50,090 nt of DNA from Verrucomicrobiota bacterium (GTDB lineage Bacteria > Verrucomicrobiota > Verrucomicrobiia > Opitutales > Cerasicoccaceae): positions 1 to 50,090 of the forward strand of contig JBCBUK010000021.1 in NCBI GenBank assembly GCA_039818205.1. Reading direction: 5' to 3'. The notes under the pieces were generated by a model that searched no databases, was not told where the DNA came from, and saw nothing but the letters and a program-made list of their open reading frames with translations. Shown in pieces: positions 35,206-43,747 of the stretch; within the stretch, counting starts at the first letter, position 1, and each line of letters begins with the position of its first letter. The position numbers were made by a program, and so were the translations under genes.

Positions 35206-36074
35206 TTCTCGGTATTTTCGTCCGCTGAAAATCCCTTTTTGAACAAGAAAATCATTGCGAACAAGGCGAGAGCCAGTGCCGGTGGGATTGGAGCCCCCGG
35301 AGCCTTTTCTTCGAATCCCCAGACCCAATCAACTGATGGGCTCTCGACGATGGAAATATCGGTTCCAGTGACCTCAGCGACGACTAGCCCCAAACTATCC
35401 TCGGCATCGACTTCCGGGTTGAATGCCTCGACACGAGTCGTATAGTTATCGGACTCGAATCCGCCGCCGGCAACTTGCTTCAATTCGATGCGATCCCATG
35501 CGGTGTTTTCATCGCCATAGAAGTTGATGAATGCATAGGGTTCACGAGTGTTCCCTCCGGTGAGCGGATTGCCGTAATAGTCTGAGCTCAGGTTCAGGCT
35601 ACCAAACATGGACGCGGTGGTGTATTGTGAAAGAAGTTGGTCTCCGCTGTAGAAGCTCAACTGGTTGTTATAGTCGCCGGCCGACCACCAGAAACCGAAG
35701 TAAGAGCTGGGTGTATCGAGAAAAAGCGTGCTGGTGTTAATCGTCTTATTCCGTTGCCACGAAAATTGTGATGCCTCGCCGGTAGTCAGGTCCAGGGCAC
35801 CTCCCCAGACATTCGGATTAGCGATTTCGAGCGTGTCAAAAGTTCCAACCCCTGCCCAATTAACGTTGTTGTTGATTCCCAGGGCGAGGTCATTGAAATC
35901 AAAGACGTCGGTATTTGACAATGAGCTGGTCGTTTGGGTCGGGTCCTCGGCAATCGTCACCAGGGTGGACTGCGCGTTGACCTGAGAAACTGCCATTAGT
36001 GCGGAAAAAAGCGCCCATAGTCGTGCGCCGTAAAAGGGCTGAGTCTTCAGACCGAATAGTTGGTTCTTTTTCAT
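35202..36074 (-). CDS. Exosortase-dependent surface protein (Npun_F0296-like) with a variant C-terminal sorting signal
   Basis: Signal peptide; YFGFWWSAGDYNNQLSFY...YYGNP...EPYAFINF...FESDN; tail APGAPIPP + hydrophobic ALALALFAMIFLF + KK. Confidence 0.8.
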   Translation of the reverse strand: MKKNQLFGLKTQPFYGARLWALFSALMAVSQVNAQSTLVTIAEDPTQTTSSLSNTDVFDFNDLALGINNNVNWAGVGTFDTLEIANPNVWGGALDLTTGEASQFSWQRNKTINTSTLFLDTPSSYFGFWWSAGDYNNQLSFYSGDQLLSQYTTASMFGSLNLSSDYYGNPLTGGNTREPYAFINFYGDENTAWDRIELKQVAGGGFESDNYTTRVEAFNPEVDAEDSLGLVVAEVTGTDISIVESPSVDWVWGFEEKAPGAPIPPALALALFAMIFLFKKGFSADENTEK

Positions 36075-36444
36075 CTTTCCAAGGAGTAAAATAGGTGAGC
36101 GTTACAATTGTTATTATCGCGCTTTAATAGGGAATTATAAGGAGTTTTCTTAAAGAAATCCCGCTATATTTTTAACTCATTAGAAAGTGGTAATCGTTCG
36201 ACCCCGAACGCCCTGTTTTTGTTCACAATAATCGGATATCGTTGCTTCATAGGGCACTCAATATCAGTGCCTTAAACGTTAGTGATAACTCTCGCTCTGG
36301 TAAGCTCTATTAATAGTCCCTATTTTGGGTAATTGACTCAAATTAATTGGTCAAATGTATCTTTACTCGTGTTAAGCCGAAGTTGAACGCAGTCGTTTCC
36401 ATCAATCAGGACGCGAATGGGGCAATCGTTTGGCTGTTTACGAA

Positions 36445-38529
36445 CTAGTTTGCGGCACTGACTTCCAGCTTAAGGTACGACGGAACCAAAGCCGAGGTGG
36501 GAGTCAGAGTCACTTCTTCGAGGGCTGGCTCGGTATTTGCAATTGGAGTTATAGAAACGTCGTAGAACTGCAAGTCGACCGGTAGCCAATTTATGAGATT
36601 GTTGGAACCTAATACTTGATAGAATACGAAGGGCTCATCGGCCAGCCGCGTGTAGGTAAAAGAAAACGCTGCCCCGGAACCCGTGTTTTCGGCACCAAGA
36701 TGCTGGGCAGCCCGGCTGCTCGGATCGTTGGCCAAGGATCCCTGTGCAAATTCCAGCTCGTTGCTTAGGCCGTCGAGATCGAAGTCGTCTTCGGGGTTCT
36801 GGAGCAAATTTCCAAATTGAGCGAGTTCCCAACGGTTACTCAAATGGTCAGAATCTGCAACCACGCCATCAGTGACAATTTCGACGACGCCCAGGTAGGC
36901 CCAGGTTGCTCCGGGGTTTCGCTCAACCGTCAATAAAAGCTCTCCGAGGGTTGTCGGGAATACGTTATCGAAGGTAATGGTCTGGTCGCTGTTATTTTGA
37001 GCGTTGAGCACCATTGACTGGCCGTTGAGGGTATACACCCCGCTGCGGTCGTTACTGGCGGTCCTTGAGGCAAAAAGGGTTATGCTATAGGTTTGATTGG
37101 GATTAAGCCCACCAAAGCGAATGCGTGCTTGTGGAAAATTTGCAGATACGAACATAGTATCGCGTTGGGCCGTTTCTGGATAGACGTCGTTGGCGAGAAC
37201 ACCTCCGGTTTGTATCGCGTCGAAACGGTCGATGATCGAAGCCGTGACACCAGTGGTTGTTCCGTCGTCCGCTATGGCATTAGATACCACTCCAGCAATG
37301 CGATCTGTTAGCTGATTCCAGTTACCGGCAGTTGGGTAATCGCCATGGCCAAAATCGAAGAGCACACGATAGGCCCCACTGCGAAGGACCGTTACGTTGG
37401 TTTCAACGATTGATTGGCGAAATTCGGAATCAGTGAACGACGCTGAAATCTCATGAACTCCAATTCCCAGACCGCTGACTGGTAGCGGTGAACCCGTTCC
37501 TAGACTGCCGGCGAGATTGCTGCTCCATGAAAGGGTTGCTGACGGGAGCGGTAAGTCGTCTTGATCGAAGACATCTGCTTCCAAGTTAATCGATTGACCG
37601 CTGTTCAAGACCCGATTCCGTGTGCGGTCAGATAAGATAATTGCTGGCTTTACCTGGCTTAGTAGCCAATTCCAGCAATCGATGTTGTCGTAAGTTCGGT
37701 CCCAGGTGTTGTGCGAGCTGCCGGGGTAGAGAGTGTATTTGGGATGAGGCCGGTTAGGGAACGAAGCAACGACTCCCTCGTTCCATTCCCAGGTCCCAGC
37801 GTCGGCGTCAAAACTCGCAGTGTGGGTCTGGCTTGTTCCAGTTGGGTAGTTGCCCATTACGTTGGAAGGTTGTCCTGAGATTTGCTGGGCGATGCGATTG
37901 ACTGAGTTGGTAGCGGTGCTGCTGGCATCGGCAATTGCGGTCAACGCCCAGTAGGGAATCGTCGATGCAGCGTCAGAACCAGATGTGGAGTTGATGGTTC
38001 CGCGCACAGCTACGGTCATGGCAGCGGTTATTTGCCTCGCATTGGGATCATCGTTTATAAATTGGTGAATGCCGGATGAGCCTGCGCTCAGCCCGGTGAA
38101 ATAGATTCTTCGTGGGTCGATGCGGTAGTGGCTTAAAGCGAAATCAAGGAAGGGCCGTATGTGATTCTCATTCCACCAGGTATTATTGGTCACTTGAGGC
38201 GCCAGCATTATGACGTCCTCGTCTTCGAATAAGTTGTACAAGGGATGCGACGGCGTGTTGACGATCTCAGGTGGGCCATTTCCAAGGACCTCATAAAGGT
38301 CCGTCGTTCCATTCCCGCCTTCACCTAGGCCGTGAAAAAAGATCACGACTGGAAAGTCTCTATTGGGATTCTGGGGGTAAGCAGTTGGAAGAAATTCCCA
38401 GTAGCCTCTCGGGGTTCCATGGGTTCCAATGTCAACCGCCGTGAATGATCGTGCGATCAATGACGTGGTTGCCGTAATCAAGCAGCACAGGAATAGGCAA
38501 ACGATACAGTAGCGAAGGTCTTGGCGCAT
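36445..38529 (-). CDS. Secreted alpha/beta-hydrolase (esterase/peptidase-like) with Ig-like and beta-sandwich domains and a Verrucomicrobia-type C-terminal domain
   Basis: Start ATG 38529 with signal peptide; PVVIFFHGLGE, IDPRRIYFTGLSAG (GxSxG), GSSHNTW; tail DDFDLDGLSNELEFAQGS...YQVLGSNNLINW...YLKLEV. Confidence 0.8.
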   Translation of the reverse strand: MRQDLRYCIVCLFLCCLITATTSLIARSFTAVDIGTHGTPRGYWEFLPTAYPQNPNRDFPVVIFFHGLGEGGNGTTDLYEVLGNGPPEIVNTPSHPLYNLFEDEDVIMLAPQVTNNTWWNENHIRPFLDFALSHYRIDPRRIYFTGLSAGSSGIHQFINDDPNARQITAAMTVAVRGTINSTSGSDAASTIPYWALTAIADASSTATNSVNRIAQQISGQPSNVMGNYPTGTSQTHTASFDADAGTWEWNEGVVASFPNRPHPKYTLYPGSSHNTWDRTYDNIDCWNWLLSQVKPAIILSDRTRNRVLNSGQSINLEADVFDQDDLPLPSATLSWSSNLAGSLGTGSPLPVSGLGIGVHEISASFTDSEFRQSIVETNVTVLRSGAYRVLFDFGHGDYPTAGNWNQLTDRIAGVVSNAIADDGTTTGVTASIIDRFDAIQTGGVLANDVYPETAQRDTMFVSANFPQARIRFGGLNPNQTYSITLFASRTASNDRSGVYTLNGQSMVLNAQNNSDQTITFDNVFPTTLGELLLTVERNPGATWAYLGVVEIVTDGVVADSDHLSNRWELAQFGNLLQNPEDDFDLDGLSNELEFAQGSLANDPSSRAAQHLGAENTGSGAAFSFTYTRLADEPFVFYQVLGSNNLINWLPVDLQFYDVSITPIANTEPALEEVTLTPTSALVPSYLKLEVSAAN

Positions 38530-39005
38530 TCGAAATTGGATAGCAAACGAACAAAACTGTGTCGACCAATCAGCCCGTAAGTAACTTGTAAAATCCGGGA
38601 CCAAGTTTCAACGTTACTGGCGGTTGAGATATGTCTTACCCGCTGGGTCCGGGTTTTCGGCGCGAAAAGAATAAATTGGTGTTTTTTTCGGCTTTTGTAC
38701 AAAACGTCTCGGAATTGTGCCAATTATAGAACAGCACGATTTTCCCCTGCTGCCTCGTTACCCAAAGACCAGCGCATTCGACCCCACAAGTGCGAACCCC
38801 TCGCGATTCCCTAGATCATGGCATCAAGGCTTTGGTGACCTTTTCCTTCTGGACCGATACAGCCACTTTTCCGATATCCTATGCAACCTCAGATACCATC
38901 AGTAGCATGACGGGAAATACGATGATCGGCGCTCCATTAAACAGGTAAATCCAAGTGGTGGTTGATCAACCATAGTTAGCTTTGTAATCTCGTTTCTCTA
39001 ATGCC

Positions 39006-39992
39006 ATGTCCAATAATCCTCAAGATCACCTGATTCACCGCGGAAATTTACGATTCTTTTTGGCTGGAGGATTGTTACTCGGGCTGGTCGTCTTCGGAAT
39101 AATATTTTTGAATGATGACGCCGCAGTAGGCAATCCACCGGCAGATAACGGGTCAGCCTTCACGCATACAAATGCTTCGGAATTACTGGAGCGTACTCCG
39201 GATACTGAATCAATGGAGCCGGAAGACCTCGAGTTGAGCCTTGAGGATCTGATCCTCGCCGCCGATAGTGAGGAGCAACTTCGAGCGCTTCTGCGAGAGG
39301 CTCTACCTGATCGCGAAGACGCTGTAATCCGTGCACTTTCCCAAATCGATACAGATCGGTTTAACCTCTATTGGGTCGAAGCCGACTTGGTCGATTATCT
39401 CCGGGAAAGCTACGGTCCGGTCGAGGGTATCAAGCGATTGGATCCATACCTTAGGGAGGAACATCCGGTGTTGTGGAATGCGGGGAAGAATCTATTGCGT
39501 CTCTATGGGGCGCAAGCAGACGCAGGCGCGCTACGGTCGTTCGTTGAAGATCCGATTAACCGTTCTTTAGTGAATGTTGTTGCGCATGATCTGGGTATCC
39601 AAATGGCTCGCCAGGATCCTCTTAGTGCGGTCGCGACTGCCGAGGGGCTTGAAGGTGTTTCGCACCAGAAGATGCTCAATGGCGCGCTTATGGAATGGTA
39701 CTCGCAGGACTACGTAGCGGTGGCTGAATATCTTAATACGGTCGAACCGCATGCCAAATACGACGATGTTACCAATGCGTATGTGACCAAAATCAAATAC
39801 AATGATCCTGCGGTCGCGATGACTTGGGCACTAGCGATGCAGGGGACCTCGTATCAGCGGGAAACCGTCATGGAAGTCGCCGACGTCTGGTTTAACAAAG
39901 ACGCCGATGCTTTCCAATCCTGGATCGATCAACTTTCCGATGAAGAACTCAAGGGCGCGCTAGTGAAGCAATATGATCTAAGCGCGAATTGA
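39006..39992 (+). CDS. Membrane-anchored alpha-helical repeat protein (DPxxAxxW type)
   Basis: N-terminal TM; RQDPLSAV, WYSQDYVAVAEYL, NDPAVAMTWA, WFNKDADAFQSW. Colinear with 21321..22274. Confidence 0.75.
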   Translation: MSNNPQDHLIHRGNLRFFLAGGLLLGLVVFGIIFLNDDAAVGNPPADNGSAFTHTNASELLERTPDTESMEPEDLELSLEDLILAADSEEQLRALLREALPDREDAVIRALSQIDTDRFNLYWVEADLVDYLRESYGPVEGIKRLDPYLREEHPVLWNAGKNLLRLYGAQADAGALRSFVEDPINRSLVNVVAHDLGIQMARQDPLSAVATAEGLEGVSHQKMLNGALMEWYSQDYVAVAEYLNTVEPHAKYDDVTNAYVTKIKYNDPAVAMTWALAMQGTSYQRETVMEVADVWFNKDADAFQSWIDQLSDEELKGALVKQYDLSAN

Positions 39993-40066
39993 TCGCTAAG
40001 TAATCCGATTGAATGGTGCTGGCTATGCGCGAGTATCGCTTCTGCTTGAAACCTATCGAGGTTTGG

Positions 40067-40098
40067 AAAAAAGCAGGCGCTCGTTTCCGAGCGCCTGC
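40067..40098 (-). terminator. Intrinsic terminator of 40123..43014
   Basis: 11-bp stem GCAGGCGCTCG / CGAGCGCCTGC followed by T6 on the minus strand. Confidence 0.85.
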
Positions 40099-40122
40099 CG
40101 CTATATAGTTACGATTGGTGAA

Positions 40123-43014
40123 TCAGAGTGAATCGATTTCTAGGCGAGGTGCATTGGCACCTTCCGAAGAAGAGAACCAGATGTCATTGCCTCCACCGTC
40201 CATGGTGATGACCAAGGTGATCTGGCCATTTCCAATAGTGGTACCGAGGTCAATTTCGAGAACGCTTCCATTGGCGAATGAACCGGTTGCGGAACCGAGC
40301 TGGGTTCCTTGACCAGGCGCGTTCCCGGTATTGAGTGTCGATTCGGTCCATCCTGGATTGCTGTTTCCTTGGTAGACACGAACCGTTCCGCTGCCAGCTT
40401 CGGTCAGTTGAACGACAAGCTTGGAGCCGGTAACAGTGTTGCCAACGCCGTCGACATCAAACTTGAGGTAGGAAACCCGGCGATTTGGCTCCGCTTTCAA
40501 GTTATTGTCATTGAAGGTTGTTGAGCTTTCAATGTAGGCGTCTTCAACGGGAGTTTCCGTGGTCATAATAGGGGTACTATTTGGGCCTGGCGTCATCGCT
40601 ACGTTCTGGTCTTGGCAACGGACGACGGTTGGTGCGTTCCAGGCACCACCAACTGGACGATTGCTAGCCTTGAACAGATAAGTGCCTGTAGCTGGTACTC
40701 CACCGATTGGTGTCAGGGTTGCCGTTGCGGTGCCGGAGCCTGCGTTCACCGTTACGTTTGTGGAGGCTAGCCAACCGCTGGGGCCCCAAAACTCGAAGAC
40801 AATGTCGCGTGATTCGGTAGCCTCATAGTTGACCTGAACATCGAAGCTAGCGGCGGCCTCAATTGCAGTTGGCAGGGGAGAACAATCGACTGAGTTGTTT
40901 GCCGGGATTCCGCCGTTGGTCACGGTAACGTTATTGTTCTCACAGCGGACAACAGTCGGTGCGTTCCAGACTCCGCCGACCGGACGGTTGCTTGCCTTGA
41001 CCAAATATCCGGTTCCGGGTGCGGGTGCTCCGCCACCAAGAGGAATGGTCAAGGTGACCGTTCCAGTGCCCTCGCCAACCGTTTGTCGGGCTTGGCCAAG
41101 CCAACCGCTTGGTCCCCAGAACTCAGCAACGATATCGCGGCTCGCGGCAGCTTCATAGGCGACGTCCACATTGATGGTGGCCGCCGAGATAAATGAACCG
41201 GCAATGGGGCTACAATCGACTACATTCTCAAACGCTGAATTTACGGTGACGCTACCTGTTTCGCAACGAACGACGGTTGGTGCATTCCAGACTCCGCCGA
41301 CGGGACGATTGCTTATCTTGAAGAAGTAGCCGTTTCCAGGAGTTGGAGCGCCGCCATTCAACGGGATGCTAAGCGATGCGGTACCGTTGCCGGCCGAGAC
41401 CGTTTGACGGGTTTGTCCGAGCCAGCCACTTGGTCCCCAGAACTCAGCAACGATATCGCGGCTCGCGGCGGCCGTGTAAGGAACATCAACATCGACGCTA
41501 TTTATCGATGGAACGGAGCTTGGAGCTTGGGAGCAATTCACCGTGTTGGTTCCGCCAGAGATGATGGGCGTTGAGGCGATCGAATCATTTTTGAAACCAC
41601 TGACGCCTTCTTTGAAGAAGTGAATCTTGTCCAAACGATAGCCACCCGAGCGACCGACGATGAAGAAGTAGTGGTCGCCTGCCGACAAGCTGTATAGCGG
41701 CTGCGAGAAGTGGCCTTCGCGTTGGCGAATAACCCCGCGGTTGTCGTGGGTGGTATTGAAGGTAAATCCTACACCGTTGTCGAACAGTTGCTGGGAGATG
41801 CTGTGGTAGGTCTTCCGAATATTGCCAAATGGAGCGGGGTCGATTCCAACCAAGGTCCAGCAATCGTTCCACTTGTCACGCTCTGGGGCGCCTCGGTGAG
41901 AGGCCTTGAGAGCCATGCGATAGTTGCCGGGCTCGGTGATGCGCAACTTATAGATCAGCACGCTCTTTGCCAGGCTGTCGATTGCATTGATGAACGATGG
42001 TACGTAGCGGATGTATCCACTACCGGTAAAGCCTGATTCGGATGTTTCAACGACCCAGTCGCCGTCCAACGGAACGCTCTCGGCTTCGATAACGATTCTT
42101 CCACCAACTTCTTGGAATATGCTTTCCGTTACCGGGAGGTTGATCACGGGATCGACACCCGGGGGCGGTGCAGGAGCATTGGTGCCACCTCCGTTGGTAG
42201 GAATCTGTCCGTTTCCGAAGAAGTTACGGAGTTCAGTCATCGAGGTTGTATCGTTGTTTCCGCTGATTCCTAGGAGCCAGGTTACCATACCAGAGTCCGA
42301 GACATCGGCTAGGCCTGCCTGCATTCGGCTGTAGACCCAGCGAAGGTTGGCGTCAGGATGGTCGCGCAACCAAAACCAAGGGGAGTAGTCCGGCTGGGTT
42401 CGGAGTGTACCGTTTTGGTCGGGAATTTTGAAGTAGCGGATCCCTGAGTTCAGGGCACGAACTTCGTCGAGGTTGTTCTGCCACATACGTGGTTTGTAGT
42501 AGTCGTTATAGCCACTGTGCGATACAAGTGCCACGTGTGCGCGCGCGCTGTTGTTCGCATCCTTCATGGCTTGATAGATCAACTCCATTGGACCGCCCAC
42601 AACAATGTAAAGTGGATTGTTGGCGGTAGACTTGTTGATCTCTACCGTCAGGTTAGCAATCGCTCCTTGCGGATCGATGGCGGCATCGAAGAATTTACTG
42701 CGATCGAAACCCCAACGGGATTGACCGCCAAGGGCACCAACCCACATCTTGTTGTTGCTCGGGTCGATCCGCTTATACTCAAGCCAATTGTTAAAGTCAT
42801 AGTGGACTAGACTGCCTTGAAGACCCGCTTTGGCGAGAATAGCAAGTGTCATAGGAGTCGCGCCAATGTCGTCGGGATCCGCGTCTGGATTCCCGTCAGT
42901 ACTGATCGCAATCCGATGACTGCCGTTGTATGGCGACGGGACTGCCGATACGTAGGTTGAAATGCATAGCGTGAGGGCCGCTAGCATGGGTAGGAGGGTA
43001 GTGTATATTCTCAT
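40123..43014 (-). CDS. Secreted multidomain protein: nucleoside-hydrolase-like domain + jelly-roll CBM-like domain + 3 Ig-like repeats + CBM96/DNRLRE-like domain
   Basis: Signal peptide; RIAISTDGNPDADPDD; PLYIVVGGPM; FQEVGGRIVIEAES; three RDIVxEFWGPSGWL...SNRPVGGxWNAPTVVRC repeats; VEDAYI...SYLKFDV...WTESTLN...FSSSEGANAPRLEI. Confidence 0.8.
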   Translation of the reverse strand: MRIYTTLLPMLAALTLCISTYVSAVPSPYNGSHRIAISTDGNPDADPDDIGATPMTLAILAKAGLQGSLVHYDFNNWLEYKRIDPSNNKMWVGALGGQSRWGFDRSKFFDAAIDPQGAIANLTVEINKSTANNPLYIVVGGPMELIYQAMKDANNSARAHVALVSHSGYNDYYKPRMWQNNLDEVRALNSGIRYFKIPDQNGTLRTQPDYSPWFWLRDHPDANLRWVYSRMQAGLADVSDSGMVTWLLGISGNNDTTSMTELRNFFGNGQIPTNGGGTNAPAPPPGVDPVINLPVTESIFQEVGGRIVIEAESVPLDGDWVVETSESGFTGSGYIRYVPSFINAIDSLAKSVLIYKLRITEPGNYRMALKASHRGAPERDKWNDCWTLVGIDPAPFGNIRKTYHSISQQLFDNGVGFTFNTTHDNRGVIRQREGHFSQPLYSLSAGDHYFFIVGRSGGYRLDKIHFFKEGVSGFKNDSIASTPIISGGTNTVNCSQAPSSVPSINSVDVDVPYTAAASRDIVAEFWGPSGWLGQTRQTVSAGNGTASLSIPLNGGAPTPGNGYFFKISNRPVGGVWNAPTVVRCETGSVTVNSAFENVVDCSPIAGSFISAATINVDVAYEAAASRDIVAEFWGPSGWLGQARQTVGEGTGTVTLTIPLGGGAPAPGTGYLVKASNRPVGGVWNAPTVVRCENNNVTVTNGGIPANNSVDCSPLPTAIEAAASFDVQVNYEATESRDIVFEFWGPSGWLASTNVTVNAGSGTATATLTPIGGVPATGTYLFKASNRPVGGAWNAPTVVRCQDQNVAMTPGPNSTPIMTTETPVEDAYIESSTTFNDNNLKAEPNRRVSYLKFDVDGVGNTVTGSKLVVQLTEAGSGTVRVYQGNSNPGWTESTLNTGNAPGQGTQLGSATGSFANGSVLEIDLGTTIGNGQITLVITMDGGGNDIWFSSSEGANAPRLEIDSL
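40593..41547 (-). repeat. Three tandem ~107-aa intragenic domain repeats
   Basis: An exact 41-bp match at 41108-41148 and 41429-41469 (321-bp spacing). Each unit is bracketed by Cys residues (VxCS ... VVRC). Confidence 0.9.
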
Positions 43015-43342
43015 TTTTAACTAGGTTAATATCGTTTTTGATACACAGATATCTCCACCCACATGGCCCACACGACAAGATTTGAGGGATCGTGGGTCCA
43101 AATGGACAATTGCGACTTCAGCGCTCGTTGATTGATACCTAGAATATTGGGACCGAACAAACAGAACGGGGCACGATCAATTGCGGAAACATCAATTCAA
43201 TCGGTATCGAATCGGTCTATGAGTGTTGGGGCCGAGTACGAACAATTCGAGCCATAGGCTAATCAGGAGGGTATAATGGGTAGAGAGGGGACGGTAGCCG
43301 AAAATAGGCTACAGCACTGATAATAAAGCGAAGTGGCCCAAT

Positions 43343-43481
43343 TGTAAATATCCCTAAATTGAAAACGATAGACAATCTGCGTTCTTGTTCATTTTGGTGG
43401 GTTCCTGATTCCGTTTTGATCGATTAAATCGCCGGCATGTTGCGTAAATTGTCTATAGTAGTGTTTTGAGTGATATTTACG
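43343..43481. promoter_or_regulatory. Mirrored 40-bp motif pair between the divergent paralogues (putative operators or promoters)
   Basis: 43343-43382 matches the reverse complement of 43442-43481 at 28/40, with identical blocks GTAAATATC and ATAGACAAT at the same spacing. Confidence 0.55.
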
Positions 43482-43747
43482 AGTGCCTCTTGAGCTGATA
43501 TATCTCTGGTTCTGGTGACATGTCTGCTTCAACCTCAAACTGCTTTATATTGGAATGCTTGATTGCCTGAAACCAATGAGTTCAAACCGAATCGATTCGT
43601 TGGCATCCGATAGTCAGTTCGATCATGAGTGCTGCTGGCATGCTTCAACGCGTGCGGACATTTTTCCGCCGTAATTCAAGCCATCTCATGTATTTTTAGG
43701 CTCACTGGCCAAAAATTAAAAGCAAACTGAAAACTAGAGATTTAGTT

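Noticed and set aside
35206..35328. N-terminal extension of the exosortase ORF
   Set aside because: It overlaps the target gene's sorting signal; the ATGA-coupled start at 35205 is more plausible.
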